The notes under the pieces are model-generated. The model saw only the letters and a program-made list of their open reading frames with translations, had not been told where the DNA came from and ran no database searches. Below, one piece after another: positions 49,698 through 58,630 of a DNA stretch of 60,146 nucleotides. Location: NCBI GenBank assembly GCA_046735395.1, contig JBJKQR010000009.1, positions 1 to 60,146 of the forward strand, read 5' to 3'. Position numbers and translations under genes: made by a program. Each line of letters opens with the position of its first letter. Position 1 is the first letter of the stretch. This stretch comes from Fidelibacterota bacterium (GTDB lineage: Bacteria; Fidelibacterota; Fidelibacteria; Fidelibacterales; DSDE01).

Positions 49698-50591
49698 ATG
49701 GCTGCCAAATTACTGACCGGCAAGGAAGTTGTCGAGCATGTGAAAAATGATCTGAAGGAGCGGATCGAAACGCTGGCCACCCGGGGGATCACACCCGGCC
49801 TGGCAGTGGTTCTCGTGGGAGAGGATCCGGCCTCTCAGAGTTATGTGAAATCAAAAGCCCGTCTCTCTGCAAAGCTGGGGATCTTTTCGGAAACCCTGCT
49901 CTTTCCTGCTGATATTACGCAGGGTGAGCTGAATGATGTGGTCAATAATCTGAATAATGACAATCGCTTTCACGGCGTTCTCGTCCAGCTGCCGCTGCCG
50001 GGACATATCAATGAAGATGAAATTATCAATGCCATCCGGCCTGAAAAGGATGTGGACGGCTTTCATCCCATGTCCGTCGGGAACATGGTTCTGAACCGCA
50101 ATACCTTCATTTCCTGCACGCCCTACGGCATTATGGAGATGATGAAATATTACTCCGTATCCCTGCAGGGCAAACATGTGGTCATCGTGGGCCGCAGCAA
50201 TATTGTGGGCAAACCCATGCTGAACCTGCTGTACCAGAAGAGTGCCCAGGCCAATGCCACCGTGACCATCTGTCATACGGGCACGCCGGATATCGCCGAA
50301 TTTACTCGTCAGGCGGATGTGGTCATCGCGGCTGTGGGTGTTCCCGAGATGATCAAGGGATCCATGCTGAAACCCGGCGCCATCGTCATTGACGTGGGCA
50401 TCAACCGGGTGGAAGACCCCGATACCGAAAAGGGCTACCGCATTGTAGGCGATGTGGAATTTGCTTCCGCAGAGACCCGTGCCTCAGCCATTACACCTGT
50501 ACCGGGGGGCGTGGGCCTCATGACCGTCGCCATGCTCATGGCCAACACGGTGAAAGCCGCAGAACTCAGCCTGACCCGGGCGGATATATGA
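49698..50591 (+). CDS. folD: Bifunctional methylenetetrahydrofolate dehydrogenase/cyclohydrolase
   Basis: VQLPLP, KDVDGFHP, CTPYG, GRSNIVGKP, TPVPGGVG. Confidence 0.96.
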   Translation: MAAKLLTGKEVVEHVKNDLKERIETLATRGITPGLAVVLVGEDPASQSYVKSKARLSAKLGIFSETLLFPADITQGELNDVVNNLNNDNRFHGVLVQLPLPGHINEDEIINAIRPEKDVDGFHPMSVGNMVLNRNTFISCTPYGIMEMMKYYSVSLQGKHVVIVGRSNIVGKPMLNLLYQKSAQANATVTICHTGTPDIAEFTRQADVVIAAVGVPEMIKGSMLKPGAIVIDVGINRVEDPDTEKGYRIVGDVEFASAETRASAITPVPGGVGLMTVAMLMANTVKAAELSLTRADI

Positions 50592-51697
50592 TGATCGGGG
50601 ACAAGCTCAGAGCCCGAAGCACCATTGTCCTGAAGATTTTAGCTCTCCTTTTTTTACTCTACCTCTTCCTGCTCAGCATCGAAATGATGGGGGTGTCCTT
50701 CAAGCTGTTCGGCAAGGATTTTGCGAACCGCCTTCTGCAGACCACCGCATCGCCGATCGTGGGCCTGTTCATCGGAATTCTGGTGACCTCCGTGGTGCAG
50801 TCCAGCTCCACGGTCACGTCCCTGGTGGTCGGAATGGTTGCCGCCAATGCCCTGACCGTCACGGCGGCGATTCCCATCATCATGGGGGCGAATATCGGTA
50901 CGTCCGTGACGAATTCCATTGTCTCCATCGGATCCATCGGCCGGCGTGAGGAATTCAAGAAGGCCTTCGCCGCAGCGACCATCCATGATTATTTCAATAT
51001 TCTGGCTGTCATTCTGCTGATGCCCATGCAGATCGGATTCGGCCTGCTCAGCCGGGTGAGCATCTCTGTCTCGGGCCTCATACTGGGCACGCAGGGCCTG
51101 ACCTTCAAAAGCCCGCTGAAGGCCGCCATCAAACCTGTGCTGGACCTTTTAGTGGAGCTGCTCAGCAAAAATCCCGTTCTCATCATTCTCGTGGCCTTTG
51201 TTCTGCTGATCATTGCCCTGAAATACATTGTCACCGTGCTGAAGTCCCTCGTACTGAGAAAAGCGGAAAGCTTTTTTGACAAGGTGATCTTCAAGACCAC
51301 CGCCCGAGCCATTTTCTTCGGCCTGATCCTCACGGTGCTGGTGCAGAGCTCATCGGTTACGACGTCTCTGGTGGTGCCGCTGGTGGGGGCCGGCATCCTG
51401 ACCATCAATCAGATCTACCCCTTTACCATCGGGGCTAATGTGGGAACCACTGTAACCGCCTTTCTCGCCTCCCTGGTCACCGGTGAGATTTCTGCCGTGA
51501 CCGTGGCCTTTGCCCATTTCTTCTTCAATGTCTTCGGCGGTCTCATCATTTTCGGCATCCCCTTTTTCAAACAGATTCCGCTGCGTGCCTCCGCCTTCAT
51601 GGCCGACATTGTCTATCATCATCGCTGGATTGCCTTCGTATATGTGGGAATTGTCTTTTTCACGATTCCGCTGCTTGTGGTCTTCGTACTTTCATAG
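50588..51697 (+). CDS. Na+/Pi symporter (NptA/SLC34-like)
   Basis: Two QSSS repeats, GANIGT and GANVGT. Confidence 0.92.
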   Translation: MMIGDKLRARSTIVLKILALLFLLYLFLLSIEMMGVSFKLFGKDFANRLLQTTASPIVGLFIGILVTSVVQSSSTVTSLVVGMVAANALTVTAAIPIIMGANIGTSVTNSIVSIGSIGRREEFKKAFAAATIHDYFNILAVILLMPMQIGFGLLSRVSISVSGLILGTQGLTFKSPLKAAIKPVLDLLVELLSKNPVLIILVAFVLLIIALKYIVTVLKSLVLRKAESFFDKVIFKTTARAIFFGLILTVLVQSSSVTTSLVVPLVGAGILTINQIYPFTIGANVGTTVTAFLASLVTGEISAVTVAFAHFFFNVFGGLIIFGIPFFKQIPLRASAFMADIVYHHRWIAFVYVGIVFFTIPLLVVFVLS

Positions 51698-51709
51698 GAG
51701 GAGGAAAAA

Positions 51710-52423
51710 ATGTTCAACTTGAGAAAAAAATGGCAGCTTCTGGATGACGTCGTCAAACGTTTTCACCAGGAGGACCTGCTCGATGAAGCCTGGAAGGCCA
51801 TTCTTAAGATGGTTGAATTTGACAGTCAGATGTTCGGGGATGCGCATACCATCCTGCGAAAGGAATATTCGGACGCAGCCATCACGGCGCTGCGCACCCG
51901 GGACCAGGAAGTGAACAGCCTGCAGAAGAGTGTCCGTCAGAATGTGCTGACTCACCTCATCGTATCGAATAAATACAAGAATGAAATTTCTCTGGCCCTG
52001 GGAATGGTGACCATCGTGAACGGCCTGGAACGCATCGGTGACAATTGCAAGAATATTGCCGATCTGGCCATGATTTCCCAGAAAACCATGAATTTCGGGA
52101 AACTGGATGAGACGATCACGGCCCTCGAGGAAAAGGTGTTCACTCATTTTGAAATGCTGAAGAATGCCTTTGCAAAAAATGATGATACCATCTGCCGGGA
52201 TATCATGGTGGAATTCCGGGATACCATTTCCATTCCCATCGATACGACGATTTCAAAAATTATTCACGGCGATTTTTCCGATCTGCCTCAGACGGGTACG
52301 ACGGTCGCCGCGCTTTATCTCAGATATTTGAAGCGGATTGATGCCAATCAGAAGAATGTGGCCTCCATCATGGTCAATCCCTTCACCAACCTCGGTTACA
52401 AAATTAAGGATGCAAACGAATGA
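51710..52423 (+). CDS. PhoU-domain protein
   Basis: DQEVN, LERIGDNCKNI, RYLKRI; follows the Na/Pi symporter. Confidence 0.85.
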   Translation: MFNLRKKWQLLDDVVKRFHQEDLLDEAWKAILKMVEFDSQMFGDAHTILRKEYSDAAITALRTRDQEVNSLQKSVRQNVLTHLIVSNKYKNEISLALGMVTIVNGLERIGDNCKNIADLAMISQKTMNFGKLDETITALEEKVFTHFEMLKNAFAKNDDTICRDIMVEFRDTISIPIDTTISKIIHGDFSDLPQTGTTVAALYLRYLKRIDANQKNVASIMVNPFTNLGYKIKDANE

Positions 52424-53850
52424 GCAAAGGTGTTACGCCCCAGTCACAGGATTATGCTAAATGGTACACGGATGTAGTCCAGAAAGCGGAACTGGCCGAC
52501 TATTCCCCGGTGAAGGGATCCATGGTCATCCGGCCCTACGGATACGCGCTCTGGGAAAATATCCGCGGTGTGCTGGACGGCATGTTCCGGGACAGCGGCC
52601 ATGTGAATGCCTATTTTCCCATGCTGATCCCCGAAAGCTTCCTGAAAAAGGAAGCGGACCATGTGGAAGGATTTTCTCCCGAACTGGCGGTGGTCACCCA
52701 TGGCGGCGGCAAACTGCTGGAGGAACCTCTGGTCATTCGTCCCACTTCCGAAACCATTATCTGGTCCATGTACAAGAAATGGATCAATTCCTACCGGGAT
52801 CTTCCCATTCTCATCAATCAGTGGGCCAATGTGGTCCGCTGGGAAATGCGCACGCGCCTCTTTCTGAGAACCACCGAATTCCTGTGGCAGGAAGGCCACA
52901 CGGCCCACGCCACGAAGGATGAGGCCATGAAGGAGACGCTCATGATTCTGGAACAGTACAAGACACTGGCCCAGGATTATATGGCCATGCCGGTGTATAC
53001 GGGCGAAAAAACGGAGAAGGAAAAATTCGCCGGCGCGGTGAATACCTATTCCATCGAAGCAATGATGGGAGACCGGAAAGCGCTGCAGGCCGGAACAAGC
53101 CATTATCTGGGACAGAATTTTGCCAAAGCCTTTGATGTGAAATTCCAGAATGTGGCCAACGAACAGGAATATGTCTTTGCCAGCAGCTGGGGTGTGAGCA
53201 CCCGTCTGGTGGGAGCCATCATCATGGCCCATGGTGACGACAAGGGGCTGATTCTGCCGCCCAGGCTGGCGCCCCATCAGATCGTGATCGTCCCCATCTA
53301 TCGGAATGACGGGGAAAAATCCACCGTTCTCACCTATGCCGACCAGCTGAGCTCTGCCCTCAGAGACAGGGGCATCCGGGTTCATACGGATCTGCGCGAA
53401 TCCCTTTCTCCCGGTTTCAAGTTCAATGACTGGGAAATGAAGGGTGTTCCGCTGCGTGTGGAAGTGGGCCCGAGGGATGTGGAGAAGAACGGCCTGGTCT
53501 ATGTGAACCGGCTGACGGGAAATAAGACCTTTCCCTCAAAGGACGAGTTTCTGGCTGAAGCGGCGTCGATTCTGGAAACCGTGCAGACACAGATGTTTCA
53601 GGACCGCCTCGCCTTCCGGGAAGCGAATACGGTGGATGTGCGCAGCTATGACGAACTGAAGGACGTCATCGCCGACAACCGTTTCGCCCGAACCTTCTGG
53701 GATGGAAGCCGGGAGCAGGAAGAGAAGATACAGGAAGAGACCAAAGCGACCATTCGCAATAAAATGTTCGATAAAACGGCAGAGGACGGCAGCTGCGTAC
53801 TGACCGGGCGCAGGAGCCGCGACCAGGTGATTTTCGCCAAATCCTACTGA
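52420..53850 (+). CDS. proS: Proline--tRNA ligase, archaeal/eukaryotic type
   Basis: RPTSET, NQWANVVRWE, EFLWQEGHT, QAGTSH, terminal AKSY; no INS editing domain. Confidence 0.96.
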   Translation: MSKGVTPQSQDYAKWYTDVVQKAELADYSPVKGSMVIRPYGYALWENIRGVLDGMFRDSGHVNAYFPMLIPESFLKKEADHVEGFSPELAVVTHGGGKLLEEPLVIRPTSETIIWSMYKKWINSYRDLPILINQWANVVRWEMRTRLFLRTTEFLWQEGHTAHATKDEAMKETLMILEQYKTLAQDYMAMPVYTGEKTEKEKFAGAVNTYSIEAMMGDRKALQAGTSHYLGQNFAKAFDVKFQNVANEQEYVFASSWGVSTRLVGAIIMAHGDDKGLILPPRLAPHQIVIVPIYRNDGEKSTVLTYADQLSSALRDRGIRVHTDLRESLSPGFKFNDWEMKGVPLRVEVGPRDVEKNGLVYVNRLTGNKTFPSKDEFLAEAASILETVQTQMFQDRLAFREANTVDVRSYDELKDVIADNRFARTFWDGSREQEEKIQEETKATIRNKMFDKTAEDGSCVLTGRRSRDQVIFAKSY

Positions 53851-53887
53851 TGCCGGCGTTCAGCCTTTTTTCCGGCGTGAGGCCGAT

Positions 53888-54640
53888 ATGCATATCCGAA
53901 ATACTCAAGTCATCGTTCTGAAAAGGAATCCGAGCGGCGATACCTCCCTCAATGTCCATGTATTCAGTGAGGAGGACGGACGCATCATACTGGTGGCCAA
54001 GGGAGCCCGGGGCATGAAAAGCCGCTGGCTGGGCCATCTGGAACCCTTTTCCCTGCTGAATGTCCATTACTATGATAAACCGGGCCGTCCCTGGCAGCTG
54101 CTTCAGGCCGTGGAAATCATCGACAGCTTCGACCGCCTGAAAAGACAGCCGCCCATGCTGCTCTACGGATCGGTCATTCTGGAAATCCTGGACCGCACCC
54201 AGCTGGATCACAGCGATCCAATGATCTTCAGGCTGCTGACCCATATTCTGAAAAATATGGCCGATGGGCGGGTGGATGCCCAGTATCTGTACTGGTATTT
54301 CTGTTTCATTTTTCTCAGGCTGAATGGCGTGGGCCTGAATATCCGTGCCTGCAGCCACTGCGGAAATGAATTGTCCGAGGCTGTATTCCACATCGGAGAT
54401 GCCAGTTTTTACTGCAGATCCTGTCACCCTGCGGGACAGCAGGAGGCCATCTACAGCGGCGAGGCGCTGCATTTTCTGCAGCATATGGAGGCGCAGCGGA
54501 TCGCCGGCCTAAAGGGCGTGCGGATGGAAAAGGGAATGCGGAATCATTTTGACGGCCTGTTTCATCAGGCCCTCACTGTGCATTTTGATGCGCTGCGCAC
54601 GCTCAAATCCCTCAGCCTGCTGAAAATTCTCGGAGACTGA
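53888..54640 (+). CDS. recO: DNA repair protein RecO
   Basis: OB fold (GRIILVAKGAR, LEPFS), CSHC and CRSC zinc finger. Confidence 0.9.
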   Translation: MHIRNTQVIVLKRNPSGDTSLNVHVFSEEDGRIILVAKGARGMKSRWLGHLEPFSLLNVHYYDKPGRPWQLLQAVEIIDSFDRLKRQPPMLLYGSVILEILDRTQLDHSDPMIFRLLTHILKNMADGRVDAQYLYWYFCFIFLRLNGVGLNIRACSHCGNELSEAVFHIGDASFYCRSCHPAGQQEAIYSGEALHFLQHMEAQRIAGLKGVRMEKGMRNHFDGLFHQALTVHFDALRTLKSLSLLKILGD

Positions 54641-54665
54641 CATTAAGATTCGCAGACTGACAGCC

Positions 54666-55343
54666 ATGGATACACATTTTTCCGGCCCGGGAGAGAGGGT
54701 GATCGTATTCCACGGATATCTGTCCTCGCCCCTGACCCTGCGGAAGCTGGGCCGATTTCTGAACCGCAGGGGCTATGATGTGCGCATTCCGCTTCTGCCG
54801 GGCCATGGACAGGGCCAGGATGAGCTGGAATCAACCACAGTCCGGGATTATCTCGATTTTCCCCGAAACGTTCTGGATTCGCAGGAGGGCGATGATCCGC
54901 TGTGGATCGGCGGTTTCTCCCTGGGCGCTCTGCTGGCCCTGCATTGTCATGATCATCCGCGGGTGAAGGGACTGCTGCTCATGTCCACACCCCTCATCCA
55001 TGCCGGGGGAGATGTGCAGACTCTGAAAAAGGATTTTGAGACTGAGACGGCAGACCTCCCGCCGGCCCTGCTGCAGTGGTCGGAAAAAAGTTTTGAAAAA
55101 GTACTGGCCGTCGCTGCCCGGGTCAGGGAAGACATCCGCACTATTCAGGTGCCGGTGCTGGCGCTGCACGGCGGCAGAGACAGCCTGACGCCGCGGGTGA
55201 ATACGGAGCTGCTGGAGAGTCTTTGTGCGAAGGGGGATTTTGAAAAAATAATTTTGGAAACAAAGGGACATATATTACTTTTAAGGAACGAGACAGAGAT
55301 CGCAAAGGCAATGATCTCATTCATGACAAACAGAAAGAGTTAA
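54666..55343 (+). CDS. Alpha/beta hydrolase (carboxylesterase-like)
   Basis: HG oxyanion motif, PGHG, GFSLG nucleophile, GRD, GH. Confidence 0.88.
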   Translation: MDTHFSGPGERVIVFHGYLSSPLTLRKLGRFLNRRGYDVRIPLLPGHGQGQDELESTTVRDYLDFPRNVLDSQEGDDPLWIGGFSLGALLALHCHDHPRVKGLLLMSTPLIHAGGDVQTLKKDFETETADLPPALLQWSEKSFEKVLAVAARVREDIRTIQVPVLALHGGRDSLTPRVNTELLESLCAKGDFEKIILETKGHILLLRNETEIAKAMISFMTNRKS

Positions 55344-55346
55344 TAC

Positions 55347-56219
55347 ATGCATTATCAACGATATCAATTCGGGCCCGGACGCATCACCGACGGCATCAAA
55401 CTGCTGATCATCATCAACGCGGCTGTGTTTTTTATCGGGCAGATCACCGGCCTGAGCTATACGCTGGACGCGCTGCTCGGCATCGTGCCCTATGACGCCT
55501 GGTCGCGGCTGCATATCTGGCAGCCCTTCACCTACCTGTTTCTCCACGGCTCCCTCATGCATGTGGGCATGAATATGCTGGTGCTGTGGATGTTCGGGTC
55601 GGAACTGGAAATGCTCTGGGGACGGAATTATTTCATGAAATTCTATTTCATCACCGGTATGGGCGCGGGCCTGCTGACCATTATTTTTCAGCCCTATTCG
55701 ACCATTCCCGTCATCGGCGCTTCCGGAGCCATTTACGGCGTGCTGCTGGCCTATGGCATGCTTTTCCCCGACCGGGAAGTGCTGATCTATTTTCTCTTTC
55801 CCATCAAGGTGAAGTATATGGTGGCCATTATCGGCGCCATCGCCTTCATGAGTTCGCTGTCACCGCAGGGCGACAATATTGCTCATTTCACCCACCTGTC
55901 CGGCATGCTCATCGGCTACCTGCTGCTGAAAAAGGGACGGCCGGGACTGCGCAGCCGCCGGGATCAGCATATCGAATCCATCACCGAAAGCATCCGTAAA
56001 ATCCGCGACAAGCTGAGCAAATATTATGAAGCCCATCCTTCCGAACGTCCTCATCATTCATTCATGGATGAGACGAAAAAGCCTTCGTCCATGAAGGAGG
56101 ATCTGGATACCATTCTGGATAAGATCAACCGGGTGGGTTACGGCGGGCTGAACGAGGAAGAGAAAAAGCGTCTCTTCGATGCCAGCAACCATCTCAGCAA
56201 CCGGTCGCCGAAACACTGA
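55347..56219 (+). CDS. Rhomboid intramembrane serine protease with DUF6576-like tail
   Basis: WQPFTYLFLH, GASG, AHFTHLSG; DTILDKINRVGY tail. Confidence 0.92.
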   Translation: MHYQRYQFGPGRITDGIKLLIIINAAVFFIGQITGLSYTLDALLGIVPYDAWSRLHIWQPFTYLFLHGSLMHVGMNMLVLWMFGSELEMLWGRNYFMKFYFITGMGAGLLTIIFQPYSTIPVIGASGAIYGVLLAYGMLFPDREVLIYFLFPIKVKYMVAIIGAIAFMSSLSPQGDNIAHFTHLSGMLIGYLLLKKGRPGLRSRRDQHIESITESIRKIRDKLSKYYEAHPSERPHHSFMDETKKPSSMKEDLDTILDKINRVGYGGLNEEEKKRLFDASNHLSNRSPKH

Positions 56220-56226
56220 TATATAA

Positions 56227-57261
56227 CTATTCAGGCTGAATAAAAAAATGTGACATGTCGTAGCCGGATTTTTCCAGGGATGCACTGTATTCATCTATAA
56301 AATGCCGGATCTGTTCAACGGAAATGACATTGGTGATGCCGTAATTGATCCGGCCGTTCTGATCAACGGTCATCGGCCCGCTGTAGGGCTGCCCGGGCGA
56401 ATAGGATTCACCGGCGGGAAGCGCGGCGGGAGCCAGCAGGGTGGAATAGTCGGCGGAGACGCTGTAGCACATGCCCACCCATTCCATATTCCTCATGCCG
56501 TCGCGGAAGGCCAGAACGAGCCCGCCGCTGGATCCGTGATTGAAAAGTGCATCCACGAGAAAATTTCCCCGGGGATCATCGGGTTTGAGCGATACGATGC
56601 CACGCGTGACCATGAGATTGCCCTTGGGAAAGCCCACCTGGTAGACGAAGCTGCCCCACTGCAGGTCCCGGCTGCGGCCGGCGGGAAGGGTGAAGACGCG
56701 GGGACGGGTATGGGCCGGCGCATGGTATTTCTTGCCGAGGAGGGCCAGGTCGCGGGCCGGATCCATGGCCAGAATCTCAAAATAATTCTGTCCGGCGAAA
56801 TCATTGATATACAGTTTCAGGGACTGGCGGAGGCGGATACGTTCGATGGAGCGCGGCTTCTGATAGGTGGTGATGAGCGTTTCGGGATTATTGACGATGT
56901 GGGCGCAGGTCAGGACGGCGATGCGGACATGGTCGTCATAGACCAGCGTGGCCGTGCCCGATGCCGTTTCGTTCTCCAGCGAGGTGGCGACGGCGGCGCG
57001 GTGCAGCAGCAGGGAATCGGCATTGGTATTGGCCGCATTCCGGGCGTAGCGGAAACTTCGGTACTGGGCAATGCTGTTGATGAGCTTCACCGAGGCCATG
57101 ACATCCTGCAGCTGCCGGCTCACCGGCCGGTCGGGAAATTCACTGTCGTATTTTCCGTCCGCCTTCCGCTCTCCGACGGATCGCCCCGTCAGCGTACAGG
57201 CCTGCATCAGCATCAGCAGCGATAGAATGAGAATGACATATTTGCTCCGGTCAGGTACCAT
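56227..57261 (-). CDS. Trypsin-like serine protease, probable lipoprotein
   Basis: LTCAH, DLALL and NHGSSGG triad motifs; LMQAC lipobox-like after ATG 57261. Confidence 0.85.
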   Translation of the reverse strand: MVPDRSKYVILILSLLMLMQACTLTGRSVGERKADGKYDSEFPDRPVSRQLQDVMASVKLINSIAQYRSFRYARNAANTNADSLLLHRAAVATSLENETASGTATLVYDDHVRIAVLTCAHIVNNPETLITTYQKPRSIERIRLRQSLKLYINDFAGQNYFEILAMDPARDLALLGKKYHAPAHTRPRVFTLPAGRSRDLQWGSFVYQVGFPKGNLMVTRGIVSLKPDDPRGNFLVDALFNHGSSGGLVLAFRDGMRNMEWVGMCYSVSADYSTLLAPAALPAGESYSPGQPYSGPMTVDQNGRINYGITNVISVEQIRHFIDEYSASLEKSGYDMSHFFIQPE

Positions 57262-57286
57262 TGTTAAAAATAGTATGAAAAATATT

Positions 57287-57327
57287 AAGGAACAAGGGAC
57301 AAGGAACAGGATCAAGGCGCCAGGAAC
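57287..57327. repeat. Degenerate 7-mer tandem repeat (AAGGAAC)
   Basis: aaggaac aagggac aaggaac aggatc aaggcgc caggaac. Confidence 0.6.
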
Positions 57328-57481
57328 AAAAAAGAGGAAGGAGCCCGGGTGAAACAGTTTGCAGGCGTCAGGAGACAGTCGGCAGGCCCGTCTCCGTTTC
57401 GTTTCGCTCAACTACGACACGGCAGGCGAGACGAGATGGCGTCGGGGCGAAAAGTGAAACTTTGGCTGGAACGAGACCGAT

Positions 57482-57588
57482 GGTGGCTGAGTGGTATCAT
57501 TCGGTGACTGAGTGGTATCACCCGGTGGCTGAGCGGTATCACCCGGTGGCTGAGCGGTATCACCCGGTGGCTGAGCGGAGCCGAAGCC
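57482..57588. repeat. 21-bp tandem repeat, 4 full units plus a divergent fifth
   Basis: GGTGGCTGAG(C/T)GGTATCACCC units at 57482, 57503, 57524 and 57545; the last ends GGAGCCGAAGCC. Confidence 0.9.
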
Positions 57589-57704
57589 TATGTCATTGCG
57601 GACTGTCACTGCGGACCTGATCCGCAGCGCAATCTGGTTTTACGTGTTGCGAGGATGCCGATAATATCAAGACATGAATGATAGTTTACCGCCCTATAAA
57701 ACGT

Positions 57705-57732
57705 GTACAGACGTTGCATGCAACGTCTGTAC
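57705..57732. repeat. Perfect 28-bp palindrome, REP-like
   Basis: GTACAGACGTTGCA/TGCAACGTCTGTAC. Confidence 0.85.
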
Positions 57733-57767
57733 CGAAATTCTGTAGACACGGCAAATTCTCGTTTCTT

Positions 57768-57833
57768 CCTCAGCCTCAACCTCAACCTCAACCTTAACCT
57801 TAACCTCAACCTTAACCTCAACATCAGCCTCAG
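57768..57833. repeat. Hexanucleotide tandem repeat, consensus CCTYAR, 11 units
   Basis: cctcag cctcaa x3 ccttaa x2 cctcaa ccttaa cctcaa catcag cctcag. Confidence 0.9.
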
Positions 57834-57968
57834 CCCAATCTCATCATTCATCTTCCTCTGCGAACTTCGCGGACTTTGCGAGAGGATTTTTCCCACCAAA
57901 AAAAACTCTTTGCAGAAACGGTCAGCTTGTTTAAATTCAGTCGGTTAAAAGGATTCAGGACTAATTGA

Positions 57969-58036
57969 GTACACATCGAACATGGACGGATGTTTTCTGA
58001 GCTGACCTGAGGCTCACAGGATCTGCGGATGTGTAC
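57969..58036 (+). other. Multi-branch hairpin in the DUF1883 leader (candidate structured RNA)
   Basis: 9-bp outer stem GTACACATC/GATGTGTAC enclosing GAACAT/ATGTTT and TGAGC/GCTCA hairpins. Confidence 0.35.
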
Positions 58037-58227
58037 AGGGTGGCCCGCGGTCGGGCTGCGATGAGGACAGCGAGAGTGCCCCGACAGCTTATCCCCATGG
58101 GACTGAGCAGGGCGGAGCCGTGGAGGAGAAGGGCTGCGACGGGAACAGATTTCAGGCTGTGATCTGATCAGGAAAGCGTAGAAGTGACAGCCGCTTGTGG
58201 CTTAATGTCAAGGAAAGGGTGGGAATC

Positions 58228-58491
58228 ATGGATTATCTTCATTACAAGTTGGATCTGGCGGCCGGGGAAATGGTTGAAATAACCCTCGACAAACAGGCCA
58301 ATGTGCGGCTGGTGGATGATGAGAATTTCGAGAAGTACAAGAGAGATGAGGATCATGAGTATACGGGTGGCCTGGCAAAAAAATCACCCATCCGGCTCAA
58401 GGCGCCCAATCCCGGGAAATGGCACCTTGTCATCGATATGGGGGGCTACAATGCCACCGTAAAGGCGACGGTCAGAATGCTGAAGGGCTGA
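58228..58491 (+). CDS. DUF1883-like small beta protein
   Basis: YLHYKL, QANVRLVDDENFEKY, YTGGLAKKSP, GKWHLVIDMGG; purine-rich SD. Confidence 0.8.
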   Translation: MDYLHYKLDLAAGEMVEITLDKQANVRLVDDENFEKYKRDEDHEYTGGLAKKSPIRLKAPNPGKWHLVIDMGGYNATVKATVRMLKG

Positions 58492-58630
58492 CCCGGGGAC
58501 GGCACCAACCGGGTTCGGAACGCGCAGCCGTCAGCGTATTCCTGTGGGACCGGGTTGGGATGGGAACAAATATGACAATGGCCTGGCACTGATCGAAACA
58601 CCGCTGTTAATCTGATGATGGCATGTGAAT

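Noticed and set aside
56302..57225. 307-aa + strand ORF
   Set aside because: Antisense to the trypsin-like protease, which has a full catalytic triad
57482..57588. Possible CRISPR array
   Set aside because: Units are contiguous with no unique spacers, and there are no cas genes in the window
57412..57948. ORFs with PPGDTAQ, LRLRLR and LNLNLN repeats
   Set aside because: Translations of the 21-bp and 6-bp DNA repeats and the palindrome; no SD or protein-like context
57969..58036. tRNA (including tRNA-Sec) call for the cloverleaf-like fold
   Set aside because: No T-arm TTCRA, no canonical anticodon loop, wrong arm lengths
58563..58576. LexA box upstream of intI (GAACAAATATGA)
   Set aside because: Only a half-site of GAAC-N4-GTTC, and the LexA motif for this lineage is unknown to me
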